A stretch of DNA of 40,089 nucleotides, taken from contig NBLH01000002.1 in assembly GCA_002084525.1 (NCBI GenBank), positions 1-40,089 of the forward strand, in the 5' to 3' direction. Under the pieces are notes generated by a model, which was not told the origin of the DNA, made no database searches, and saw only the letters and a program-made list of their open reading frames with translations. Each line of letters starts with the position of its first letter. The first letter of the stretch is position 1. This DNA comes from Bacteroidetes bacterium 4572_117. GTDB lineage: Bacteria > Bacteroidota > Bacteroidia > Bacteroidales > NBLH01. The position numbers and the translations under genes are program-made. Below, piece by piece: positions 26,286 to 34,930 of this stretch.

Positions 26286-28181
26286 ATGGAAACAAATCAA
26301 AACAACGAGATTTTCAACCCACCACAAACAATAGTTGAAGGTGCAACAGTACAAGAATATGAAAAACTGTATAAATATTCGGTTGAGAATCGTGAAGAAT
26401 TTTGGGCAGATCAAGCTGAAAACCTTGGCTGGTACAGAAAATGGGATAAGGTGCTTGATGATGGGAATGCACCATTTTACAAGTGGTTTACAGGTGCAAA
26501 AACAAATATTGTCCATAATGCGATTGACCGTCACCTTAAAACTGCAAACAGGAATAAACTTGCGCTTTTGTGGGAAGGCGAAGATGGCGAGGTACGGCCT
26601 TTTACTTATCATGCATTAAATCGTGAAGTATCAGAGTTTGCAAACATTTTAAAAAGCATGGGGGTTAAAAAAGGTGATATTGTTACCATTTATATGCCCC
26701 AAATACCTGAGCTTATTTTTGCGATGTTAGCTTGTGCCAAAATTGGTGCTGCACATAGCGTTGTATATGGTGGTTTTAGTAGCGAAGCTTTATTAGAACG
26801 GATAAGCGATGCAAAAAGCCGTGTAGTTATTACTGCTGATGGTGGTTATAGGCGTGGGAAAGCCACAAAGTTAAAAGAAATTGTTAACAAAGCACTTGAA
26901 ATGTGCTCTGTTGCTGAGGTTGTTATTACCGTGAAACGTACAGGTGAAGATGTACATATGGAAAATGACCGCGACTATTGGTATCACGATTTAAAGGCAT
27001 TACCAATTTCAAATGCGAAATGCGAAACAGAGGTAATGGAATCTGATGATATGTTATTTTTGCTATATACTTCAGGTTCAACCGGGAAACCTAAAGGTTT
27101 GGTACATACACATGGCGGATATAGTGTTTATACTTCAACAACACTGCGTATGGTTTTTGATGTAAAACCCGAAGACCGTTTTTGGTGCGCTGCTGATCCG
27201 GGATGGATTACAGGACATAGTTATATAGTTTACGCACCGCTTATTAATGGTTCAACCATTTTTTCTTACGAAGGTGCACCAAATCACCCTTATCCGGATA
27301 GATGGTGGAAAATGGTTGAAAAATACGGGATAACCATACTTTACACCTCACCAACTGCTATTAGGGGATTAATGCGTTATGGTGAATCGTGGGTTAACAG
27401 GCATGATATAAGCACATTACGACTACTTGGCTCAGTTGGTGAACCAATAAACCCAGAAGCATGGAAATGGTATCACCGTGTTATCGGTAAGGGTAATTGC
27501 CCCATTATGGATACTTGGTGGCAAACAGAAACAGGTGGTTTTATGATTACCCCATTGCCTATTACCCCCCTTAAACCAGGCTCAGCAACAAAACCATTTT
27601 TTGGGAATGAAATAGCTGTAGTTGATGATGATGGAAACGAAGTAGCAGCCGGTGAAGAAGGCAATTTGGTTATAAAATCGCCATGGCCGGGGATGACTTG
27701 TTGTATAAATAAAGACAGGGATAGGTTTTACGATACATACTGGAAGCGATTCGAAAAACAAGGATGGTATAGTGCCGGTGATGCAGCCAGAAAAGATAAA
27801 GATGGCTATTTTTGGATTATCGGACGTACTGATGATGTTATTAAAGTAAGCGGTTATCGCCTTGGGACCGCCGAAATTGAAAGTGCACTTGTGAGCCATG
27901 AATTGGTTTCTGAGGCAGCAGCAATTGCTTTACCTCATCAATTAAAAGGAAATGCCATTCATGCATTTGTTATTTTAAAACACGGCACAACTGGTAACAG
28001 GGACCTAGAAACAGAACTAAAAGAACATGTAGCAAAAGTAATGGGACCTATTGCTAAACCTGAAGAAGTTAACTTTGTTGATGGCTTACCAAAAACACGA
28101 AGCGGTAAAATTATGCGGAGGGTTTTAAAAGCTAGGGCACTTGGCGAAGACGAAGGTGATTTAAGTACATTGGAGGAATAA
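26286..28181 (+). CDS. acs: Acetyl-CoA synthetase (AMP-forming)
   Basis: 631-aa ORF. AMP-binding motif YTSGSTGKPKG, WWQTETGG, GRTDDVIKVSGYRLGTAEIESAL, C-terminal LPKTRSGKIMRR. Length typical of Acs. Confidence 0.92.
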   Translation: METNQNNEIFNPPQTIVEGATVQEYEKLYKYSVENREEFWADQAENLGWYRKWDKVLDDGNAPFYKWFTGAKTNIVHNAIDRHLKTANRNKLALLWEGEDGEVRPFTYHALNREVSEFANILKSMGVKKGDIVTIYMPQIPELIFAMLACAKIGAAHSVVYGGFSSEALLERISDAKSRVVITADGGYRRGKATKLKEIVNKALEMCSVAEVVITVKRTGEDVHMENDRDYWYHDLKALPISNAKCETEVMESDDMLFLLYTSGSTGKPKGLVHTHGGYSVYTSTTLRMVFDVKPEDRFWCAADPGWITGHSYIVYAPLINGSTIFSYEGAPNHPYPDRWWKMVEKYGITILYTSPTAIRGLMRYGESWVNRHDISTLRLLGSVGEPINPEAWKWYHRVIGKGNCPIMDTWWQTETGGFMITPLPITPLKPGSATKPFFGNEIAVVDDDGNEVAAGEEGNLVIKSPWPGMTCCINKDRDRFYDTYWKRFEKQGWYSAGDAARKDKDGYFWIIGRTDDVIKVSGYRLGTAEIESALVSHELVSEAAAIALPHQLKGNAIHAFVILKHGTTGNRDLETELKEHVAKVMGPIAKPEEVNFVDGLPKTRSGKIMRRVLKARALGEDEGDLSTLEE

Positions 28182-28220
28182 AACTTCAAAAGTTGATAGT
28201 GCAGAAATTTATAAAACAAA

Positions 28221-28251
28221 AAAGCTTTCCTGTTAAATAGGAAAGCTTTTT
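28221..28251. terminator. Bidirectional rho-independent terminator between acs and the convergent membrane-protein gene
   Basis: 10-bp stem AAAGCTTTCC / GGAAAGCTTT with a 9-nt loop. A-run upstream and T-run downstream. Confidence 0.6.
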
Positions 28252-28275
28252 CAATTAATTAAATCTCAATTCAAT

Positions 28276-28650
28276 TTATCCTTCATCTTCATCCTTGCTT
28301 TTTTTCTCAAGTAAATGACTGATAACCAGACTTGTACCAGCAAATAAAAAAATCATTGAAAAATATGAGGTTGGTTCTTCTAAGCTTGAGTTAACTGCAA
28401 CGATATTCCCAAAAAGGATACCTAGCCCAATACCTATAATAAACATACCTAGTTTTAGTACAGGAAATGGCCTTAATTTTGACTTAAACAGGTTGGCATC
28501 TGCCCCTTTTTCAATTAATGCCAGTCTTTCTTTGTTCCTTGTTGAAAAAAATAAATATAATATTAAAACTATACTTGCAAACAAGCTTATGGGTACCAAT
28601 ATTCCTACGTCCATTTTATTCAAATTTAAATTAAAAATTTTGTTTGTCAC
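28276..28650 (-). CDS. Small membrane protein (possibly DUF6249-like)
   Basis: 124-aa ORF with three hydrophobic segments and a RNKERLALIEKGADANLF motif. A more likely start is the internal Met at 28614 (MDVGILVPISLF). Confidence 0.6.
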   Translation of the reverse strand: MTNKIFNLNLNKMDVGILVPISLFASIVLILYLFFSTRNKERLALIEKGADANLFKSKLRPFPVLKLGMFIIGIGLGILFGNIVAVNSSLEEPTSYFSMIFLFAGTSLVISHLLEKKSKDEDEG

Positions 28651-28816
28651 TTCGTTTGACGCAACTAATTTAAATAAGGTTACAAATAATTAAAAAAATG
28701 TTATATTTTTTATAAATGAGTCTTGTGCTATGTCAAATAAAACAGGCAGATCTATATTTTCCCAAAATAAAAATATTGAATCTTAAATCCAAAACTCATT
28801 TAATTTTTCGTAACTT

Positions 28817-28843
28817 GTAACCTTTTAAGCCATGATATCGTCT
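28817..28843 (+). promoter_or_regulatory. Candidate ECF-type autoregulated promoter
   Basis: GTAACC (28817-28822), a 16-nt spacer, then CGTCT (28839-28843). Resembles the generic ECF pattern (G)GAAC/GTAAC-N16-17-CGTC and ends 11 nt before the sigma-factor ATG. Confidence 0.3.
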
Positions 28844-28854
28844 AAAAAGGTACA

Positions 28855-29448
28855 ATGGATAAAATTGATGACCAATATTATATTAAAAAAGTGAAGGCCG
28901 GGCAAGCTGACGCTTTCAGGTTTCTTGTAGAAAGGCATAAAACAATAGTATATAATATAGTTTTACGTATTACAAGAAACAACGAAGATGCGGAAGAGGT
29001 GGCACAGGATGTTTTTTTAAAGGCATACAAGTCGATAAATAGCTTTAAGGGCGATTCAAAGTTTTCGACATGGTTGTACAGGATTGCTTATAACATGGCT
29101 ATTTCAAAAGTACGGAAAAAGAAATTACCAACTAGTAATATTGATGATTACGAGTTGGCCGATAACGAAATAAAACATGTTTATGAAGATTTTGAAAGTA
29201 TTGAAAATTCTGACAAGAAGAAATATCTACGAAAAGCAATTGACAGCCTTTCAACTGATGACTCGTTAGTGATTACACTTTATTATTTGAACGAACATTC
29301 AATTGAAGAGATTTGTGAGCTGACAAATATGGGTAAGTCAAACATAAAAGTACGTTTGTACAGGGCAAGAAAAAAAATGTTTAGTTATTTGAGTAAATTG
29401 TCGGTTAGTACACTAATTTTGAATTTATTTGTTTTATTTGTCGAATAA
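28855..29448 (+). CDS. ECF-type RNA polymerase sigma-70 family factor
   Basis: 197-aa ORF. Region 2 (EDAEEVAQDVFLKAYKSINSFKGDSKFSTWLYRIAYNMAI) and region 4 (ICELTNMGKSNIKVRLYRARKKM). The unusual hydrophobic tail (SVSTLILNLFVLFVE) abuts repeat R1 copy 3. Confidence 0.88.
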   Translation: MDKIDDQYYIKKVKAGQADAFRFLVERHKTIVYNIVLRITRNNEDAEEVAQDVFLKAYKSINSFKGDSKFSTWLYRIAYNMAISKVRKKKLPTSNIDDYELADNEIKHVYEDFESIENSDKKKYLRKAIDSLSTDDSLVITLYYLNEHSIEEICELTNMGKSNIKVRLYRARKKMFSYLSKLSVSTLILNLFVLFVE

Positions 29449-29529
29449 GCACTAAGTGCTATTTAATGTTGCTTACGCACTGGTGCAAATATCTTACAAT
29501 ATGCAAGTTGCGTAAAAGTAAATACACAA
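29448..29529 (-). repeat. Intergenic repeat family R1, copy 3 (inverted orientation)
   Basis: The reverse complement differs from the copy 2 core at 4 of 82 positions by manual alignment. Starts at the last base of the ECF sigma stop codon and fills most of the sigma/anti-sigma spacer. Confidence 0.85.
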
Positions 29530-29599
29530 CGGCGAAGCCCTCACCTGAGGTAATTAATTTTTAACAGATGCTTATAATTAAGTTAAAAACAAAAAAGTG

Positions 29600-30022
29600 A
29601 TGGAAGAAAAAGATAATATAGATAAATATACGGCTAAAATTCTGAAACATTTAGAATTGGAAAAGCCACTACCTGATTTTACTGAAAAAATTATGGACAA
29701 AGTATTGTCCGAACAAACTGAGGGTAAAAAGATAGAAGCATTTGGCAATAAAAATTTCCCCCTGATTTTCACATCTGTTTTTTTATCAATTATTTTACTT
29801 GCTGTTTTTTTACCATCGGGTGAATATTCGATACCAGAAAGCTTAAACGTGGTAAATGGTATATTAAGCCAGATTCAAATTGATTTTTCGTTCAATTCTG
29901 AGCCCATATTTTCAACAATGAAAGATAATGCGATACTAAAAATTTTACCCCTTGCAATTATTGCCCTTATTCTTTTTGAAAGGTTATTATTACGATATAG
30001 CGATAGTTGGAAGGAAGGGTGA
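29600..30022 (+). CDS. Putative membrane anti-sigma factor / hypothetical membrane protein
   Basis: 140-aa ORF from the ATG at 29600 (GTG at 29597 in the ORF track). Two hydrophobic segments. Positioned downstream of the ECF sigma gene. No zinc-finger anti-sigma motif seen, so the function is inferred from position only. Confidence 0.5.
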   Translation: MEEKDNIDKYTAKILKHLELEKPLPDFTEKIMDKVLSEQTEGKKIEAFGNKNFPLIFTSVFLSIILLAVFLPSGEYSIPESLNVVNGILSQIQIDFSFNSEPIFSTMKDNAILKILPLAIIALILFERLLLRYSDSWKEG

Positions 30023-30279
30023 TTGTTTTTTGTATAACACTTTGTTAAATTTAAGGTTAGCTATGCTTAAAAATTAATTAAAACTAACAAAAGCTAAATT
30101 TAGCCAAGCGTTCTGCCTATACCAAAAACATGTTGCTATAACCAGGACGCAAAAGAGTTGTTCCGAAATAACTTGACACTTTCAACTTGCTCTTTTGCTT
30201 TTTATCTTCTTTGAAAAACGCTTCAAATAGCCCGCTATTATTAGTTTTTTCAAATTGCTAAAAAACAAAACACCTTCGT

Positions 30280-31122
30280 TTAGCTTTGAATGTGGCCAGT
30301 CCCGTTTTTATACAAAGCCGAAACCGTTTGAACAGCATCAGCACCTGCAAGCAATTGTTTGATTAACGATTTACCATCATGCACGCCTGTTGAGGCAGCA
30401 ATATCACAATTAATCCTATTTGCCATTATAGATACCCATCTCAATGAAATAGGTAAGTCCTTTTCTGAACTTAACACATGGGATGAAACCACTTGCTGGG
30501 TATCAATATCAAAATCGGGGCTATAAAAACGGTTAAATAAAACGACCCCTGCTATCCCGGTTTCAGAAAGCTTTTTAATAGTTGAAGCCAAATTAGAAAA
30601 GTAATAGCTTATTTTTAGAGATATTGGTATTGTTATTTCCTTTTTTACTGCTTCAACTAAATCAAAATATATTTTTTCATTTTGCTCAGCTGTCCTATTC
30701 AAAACAGTTGGTAAAATAAAAGCGTTTAACTCAATTGCATCGGCACCGGCTTCTTGCATTTTCTTAGTAAAAAATGTCCACTCATGTGCCGAAGTACAAT
30801 TTATGCTAGCAATAACCGGGATTTTTACAGCCTTTTTAGCATCTTCAATTAATTTAATATAAGCCTTTATATTATCATCCTTAATTTTGTAGTCGAAATA
30901 ATCGTAATACTCAAGGTTGTTATCGTCAGCAGCGATTTCTTTCATTACACTTTCGTATTCTAATAATATTTCTTCTTCAAATATTGATTTTAAAACCACA
31001 GCAGCAGCACCTTTTTTTTCTAGATCAACAATATCTTCAACTGAATTGGTCAGTCCGGAACTTCCTACTATAAGGGGGTTTTTTAAATCTAAACCCAAAT
31101 ATTTTGTTGCTAAATTTACCAT
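30280..31122 (-). CDS. Dihydroorotate-dehydrogenase-like FMN TIM-barrel protein (PRK07565-like, function unknown)
   Basis: Start chosen at the Met of MVNLATKYLGLDLKNPLIVGSSGLT, which avoids overlap with the upstream gene. Motifs AAAVVLKSIFEEE, IELNAF, LFNRFYSPDFDI, AASTGVHDG, LLAGADAVQ. Canonical DHOD S-C-P-N catalytic loop not seen. Confidence 0.75.
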   Translation of the reverse strand: MVNLATKYLGLDLKNPLIVGSSGLTNSVEDIVDLEKKGAAAVVLKSIFEEEILLEYESVMKEIAADDNNLEYYDYFDYKIKDDNIKAYIKLIEDAKKAVKIPVIASINCTSAHEWTFFTKKMQEAGADAIELNAFILPTVLNRTAEQNEKIYFDLVEAVKKEITIPISLKISYYFSNLASTIKKLSETGIAGVVLFNRFYSPDFDIDTQQVVSSHVLSSEKDLPISLRWVSIMANRINCDIAASTGVHDGKSLIKQLLAGADAVQTVSALYKNGTGHIQS

Positions 31123-31153
31123 ATTTAAGAGATTTGTCTGGATTATATAATAT

Positions 31154-32638
31154 TTAATTAATAACTTTTTCTTGAATATATTCATGCATTCCTGAAGCGG
31201 CTTTTCGACCATCGCCCATTGCTAAAATAACGGTAGCCCCGCCTCTAACTATATCGCCACCCGCAAAAATATCAGGGATAGATGATTGCATATTATCTTC
31301 ATTAACAACAATAGTTCCCCAACGGGTTACTTTTAGTTCTTTTAAACTTGCAGGAATCAGTGGGTTTGGTGAAACTCCAACACTTACAACAACTGTGTCT
31401 ACATCTAAATAATATTCAGAACCTTCAATAGGTATTGGACGTCGCCTACCACTATCGTCAGGTGCACCTAGTTCCATTTTTTGGACCTTCATCCTGTTTA
31501 CCCGTCCGTTTTCATCGGCATAATATTCTAATGGGTTATTCAAGTTTAAAAACTCAATACCCTCTTCTTGGGCGTGTTTAACCTCTTCAACCCTTGCAGG
31601 CATTTCTTTTAACGAACGCCTATAAATAATCCTTGCATTTTTAGCCCCTAAGCGTTTTGCTGTCCTTACTGAATCCATTGCTGTGTTACCACCTCCAATT
31701 ACTGCTACATTTTTACCGCTAAGTACCGGCGTGTCAAAATCATCGTTTGCGGCATTCATAAGGTTAATCCTGGTAAGGTATTCGTTTGATGAAAATATCC
31801 CAATAAAATTTTCGCCGGGGATATTCATAAAACGGGGTAATCCTGCACCGCTACCAACAAAAAATGCTTTAAAACCTAGCTCCCTTAAATCATCGAACGA
31901 AGCTGTTTTTCCAACAATAAAATTGGTTATGAACTTAACGCCCATTTTTTTCATGCTGTCAATTTCAATATCGACAACTGAATTTGGTAACCTAAATTCA
32001 GGTATACCATACTTTAATACGCCGCCAATTTCATGTAATGCTTCATATACAGTAACATCATAACCAAACTTTGCCATATCGGCAGCCCAGGCCAAGCCTG
32101 CAGGGCCTGCACCTATCGAGGCAACTTTTATATTGTTTTCTGTTGCAACTTCCGGGACTGACATTTTACCGCTATTTTGCTCATAATCTGCTGCAAAACG
32201 TTCTAAATGACCAATTGCTACGGGTGGTTGGTCCATTTTTAAGGTATAAAAACACTGTGCCTCGCATTGTTTTTCTTGCGGGCAAACACGGCCACAAACT
32301 GCCGGTAGTGTATTTGTATCCTTTAATACTGTTGCAGCACCCAAAAAATCTTTAATTTCAATTTTTTTAATAAAGTTAGGGATATGAATACCAACCGGAC
32401 AACCTGACACACAAGTGGGTGTAGGGCAATCGATACACCTTTGGGCTTCAAGTACGGCTTGTTCTTCTGTTAAGCCTGAATTTACCTCAATATTATTTGT
32501 ATTGCGGATATTGGCCTCTTCTTCGTTCATTTCAACCCTGACCTTGCTTGTACGTTCTTTAACTTTTTGGGTTTTCCTAAGTTCAGCTCTCCATTCTTCG
32601 CTGCGTTCTTCTTTTAAATAAGCTAATATATTATCCAT
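31154..32638 (-). CDS. GltD/NfnB/SudA-like NAD(P)H-dependent FAD/[4Fe-4S] oxidoreductase subunit
   Basis: 494-aa ORF. Cys clusters CIDCPTPTCVSGCP and CGRVCPQEKQCEAQC. Two dinucleotide folds IGAGPAGLA and IGGGNTAMD. C-terminal IFAGGDIVRGGATVILAMGDGRKAA. Confidence 0.88.
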   Translation of the reverse strand: MDNILAYLKEERSEEWRAELRKTQKVKERTSKVRVEMNEEEANIRNTNNIEVNSGLTEEQAVLEAQRCIDCPTPTCVSGCPVGIHIPNFIKKIEIKDFLGAATVLKDTNTLPAVCGRVCPQEKQCEAQCFYTLKMDQPPVAIGHLERFAADYEQNSGKMSVPEVATENNIKVASIGAGPAGLAWAADMAKFGYDVTVYEALHEIGGVLKYGIPEFRLPNSVVDIEIDSMKKMGVKFITNFIVGKTASFDDLRELGFKAFFVGSGAGLPRFMNIPGENFIGIFSSNEYLTRINLMNAANDDFDTPVLSGKNVAVIGGGNTAMDSVRTAKRLGAKNARIIYRRSLKEMPARVEEVKHAQEEGIEFLNLNNPLEYYADENGRVNRMKVQKMELGAPDDSGRRRPIPIEGSEYYLDVDTVVVSVGVSPNPLIPASLKELKVTRWGTIVVNEDNMQSSIPDIFAGGDIVRGGATVILAMGDGRKAASGMHEYIQEKVIN

Positions 32639-32741
32639 TTTTATATTTCTATTTTATATTATTTCCATTTGCCTTAATATAGCCACTATCAAAAAACAAT
32701 CATTAATTTGGTATTCTAACAATTATTTTTCAACTCGGTTT

Positions 32742-33572
32742 TTAGGTGGTAACCTGTTCAAGATATTTTTTATAAGCATCCTCTTCTTGCGATTTGTATG
32801 CACTTAAACGATAAAGCATTTCATCGAAATCAATTTTACCTGCATCGAATTCGGGACCGTCAACACAAACAAACTTTGTTTCGCCGCCAACAGTAACCCT
32901 ACATGCTCCGCACATACCTGTTCCGTCAACCATAATGGTGTTCAAACTTGCAACAGTTGGTATATTGTGCTTTTTAGTTGTAAGGGCGGCAAATTTCATC
33001 ATTACGGCAGGCCCTATTGTAACAGCCTCGTCCACTTTTTCTCTTTTAATCACATCTTCCATACCCTTTGTTACCAAACCTTTATTGCCAGAAGACCCAT
33101 CGTCGGTCATCACAATTACTTCATCAGAATGCTTCCGCATTTGGTCTTCAAGAATAACCAGGTCTTTAGTTCTTGCGGCCAAAACTGTTATAACACGGTT
33201 ACCTGCTTTTTTATATGCTTCAACAATTGGTAACAGCGGAGCTATCCCAACGCCTCCGCCGGCTGCTAATATTGTACCAACTTTTTCAATATGCGTTGCC
33301 TTACCTAAGGGGCCAACAACATCGAGTATAAAATCGCCTTCATTTAAACGTGTCAGTTTAGCCGAAGAAACCCCAACGTCTTGCACAACTAAATCAATTG
33401 TACCCTTTTCAATATCAGCACCTGCAATTGTTAATGGTATCCGTTCACCTTTTTCATCAACACGTATTATTACAAAGTGGCCTGCTTTTCTGCTTTTTGC
33501 AATTTCGGGGGCTTCAATCACAATTTTAGCCACTTTTTCTGAAAAAAACTCTTTTTTAATTATTCTGTTCAT
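32742..33572 (-). CDS. PyrK/NfnA/SudB-like FAD/NAD-binding [2Fe-2S] electron-transfer subunit
   Basis: 276-aa ORF. RKAGHFVIIR...ERIPLTI (FAD binding), LAAGGGVGIAPL (NAD binding), C-terminal Cys cluster MVDGTGMCGACRV...FVCVDGPEF. Confidence 0.85.
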   Translation of the reverse strand: MNRIIKKEFFSEKVAKIVIEAPEIAKSRKAGHFVIIRVDEKGERIPLTIAGADIEKGTIDLVVQDVGVSSAKLTRLNEGDFILDVVGPLGKATHIEKVGTILAAGGGVGIAPLLPIVEAYKKAGNRVITVLAARTKDLVILEDQMRKHSDEVIVMTDDGSSGNKGLVTKGMEDVIKREKVDEAVTIGPAVMMKFAALTTKKHNIPTVASLNTIMVDGTGMCGACRVTVGGETKFVCVDGPEFDAGKIDFDEMLYRLSAYKSQEEDAYKKYLEQVTT

Positions 33573-33765
33573 AGGTATAAATTGTAAAGTTTTAATTATT
33601 TCAAACTACCCTGTAAGTTATTGTATATGTTTTTCGTATAATAATATATGATCTTGCTCACAGATTAACAAAAATAATAAAATTTAGTTATAGTAATTAC
33701 ACTTTCAACTTTTGCAGGTAAATTTATAATTGTTTAGTAATTCCGAATTTAATTTTTATTGTATC

Positions 33766-33908
33766 ATTAATGAGCTTAGTCCAAAAAGCCGCTTAGCGGA
33801 TAATTTTGCAAAAAGCGCAAAAGGTATTGTGCTGTGTATCTGCGTATTAACAAAATCACTTAGCGGCTTTATAGGCTAATTTTTAGTTTTTATACCGGAC
33901 TCATTAAT
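33766..33908 (+). repeat. Intergenic repeat family R2, copy 2
   Basis: 9-bp inverted ends ATTAATGAG / CTCATTAAT. Additional internal inverted pairs AGTCC/GGACT and AAAGCCGCT/AGCGGCTTT. Internal TAATTTTG at 33801-33808. Confidence 0.8.
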
Positions 33909-34224
33909 CCTACAGAATAAAATTATCATGCACCTAATTAGGTATTATACAATACGTTATGGCCTTATTGGTTTTTGTTGGCATTATTCAAAAAATTTTG
34001 AACTTTGTAAATAATTTTTAAAAAAATATGTTCTTAAATATATTTTTTGTGGTTTAATACCAAAAAAATGACTACGCTTACATCGCTTCGTATTTTTTAG
34101 GCAATCCCTTAGTAACGTTCAACCAACAAATCAAAAAAACGTCGAGCAGACATATTCTGAATTTGCTCAAAAGAAAAAAACTGATAAATTATTATAAATA
34201 ATAGGTGTTTTCACAATTATTCAC

Positions 34225-34266
34225 TAATTTTGCATAGATAATATTCAATTCGCATATTATCTATGC
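34225..34266 (+). promoter_or_regulatory. abiE promoter/operator candidate: TAATTTTG box overlapping a 13-bp perfect inverted repeat
   Basis: TAATTTTG at 34225-34232 fits the Bacteroidota -7 consensus TAnnTTTG. GCATAGATAATAT (34232-34244) and ATATTATCTATGC (34254-34266) are exact reverse complements with a 9-nt spacer, ending 16 nt before the AbiEi start. Confidence 0.5.
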
Positions 34267-34282
34267 GCTAACATACCTTAAT

Positions 34283-34930
34283 GTGGATTTGTTAATAGAA
34301 AATAAATTATCGAAATATAAAACTCATATAATTGATTATGCAAGCCTAAAAAGCATACTTGTAAATATGGATTATGAAAATATTAACGATAAAATTGCCA
34401 ACTTAAAACAGAAGGGTATTATTAAATCAATAAAAAAAGGGTTCTATATCCATACTTCACTAATTAATAAAAATATTGTTTCAAAAGAATTCCTTTCTAA
34501 TAATTTGTTAGATGGGCCGTCATATATATCACTTGACTATGCCTTATACTTTTATGGATTAATTCCGGAGGCCGTCTATGAAATTACTGCTATTACAACA
34601 AAACGCTCAAAAGTTTTTAAAACTGATATAGGAGTTTTTTCATATAAACACATAAAAAAGGAGTTATTTAGCATCGGTATAAAAACCGAAAGCTTAAAAA
34701 ACGGAAATTGCCTGATTGCCAGTAAAGAAAAAGCTATTTGCGATAAAATATATTTTACAAAAGGAATTGAGTTAAGTTCCAAGTCATCTTTGATTGAATT
34801 TATCGAAAATGATTTAAGGATAGATATAGACGAATTTGAAAATTTTAACATCAATATTTTTGCGGAGTATTACAAAGTATCAAAATCAAAAAAAATTCAG
34901 ATATTATTAAATCTAATAAAGGAATTATGA
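34283..34930 (+). CDS. Type IV toxin-antitoxin system antitoxin, AbiEi family
   Basis: 215-aa ORF with GTG start. Overlaps the downstream AbiEii-type gene by 4 nt. Family-typical GPSYISLDYALYFYGLIPE block. Preceded by a 13-bp perfect inverted repeat. Confidence 0.75.
   Translation: MDLLIENKLSKYKTHIIDYASLKSILVNMDYENINDKIANLKQKGIIKSIKKGFYIHTSLINKNIVSKEFLSNNLLDGPSYISLDYALYFYGLIPEAVYEITAITTKRSKVFKTDIGVFSYKHIKKELFSIGIKTESLKNGNCLIASKEKAICDKIYFTKGIELSSKSSLIEFIENDLRIDIDEFENFNINIFAEYYKVSKSKKIQILLNLIKEL

Noticed and set aside
26271-26619. ORFs of 113 aa (-) and 94 aa (+) overlapping the 5' end of acs
   Set aside because: They overlap the strongly supported acs reading frame and have no recognisable motifs.
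30182-30290. Possible 3' frameshift in the DHOD-like gene: another frame continues past the stop for ~33 codons (…SKLNEGVLFFSNLKKLIIAGYLKRFSKKIKSKRAS)
   Set aside because: The gene looks ~40-50 aa shorter than I remember for this family. The alternative-frame peptide has only vague resemblance to the expected C-terminus, so I cannot support a frameshift without an alignment.
31123-31212. 30-codon N-terminal extension of the DHOD-like ORF
   Set aside because: It would overlap the 3' end of the GltD-like gene by 59 nt. The family-typical N-terminus (MVNLATKYLGLDLKNPL) begins at the Met at 31122.
32935-33651. 238-aa ORF on the + strand
   Set aside because: It is entirely antisense to the well-supported PyrK/NfnA-like gene. 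Its Ser/Thr/Pro/Ile-rich composition is typical of the shadow frame of a real gene.
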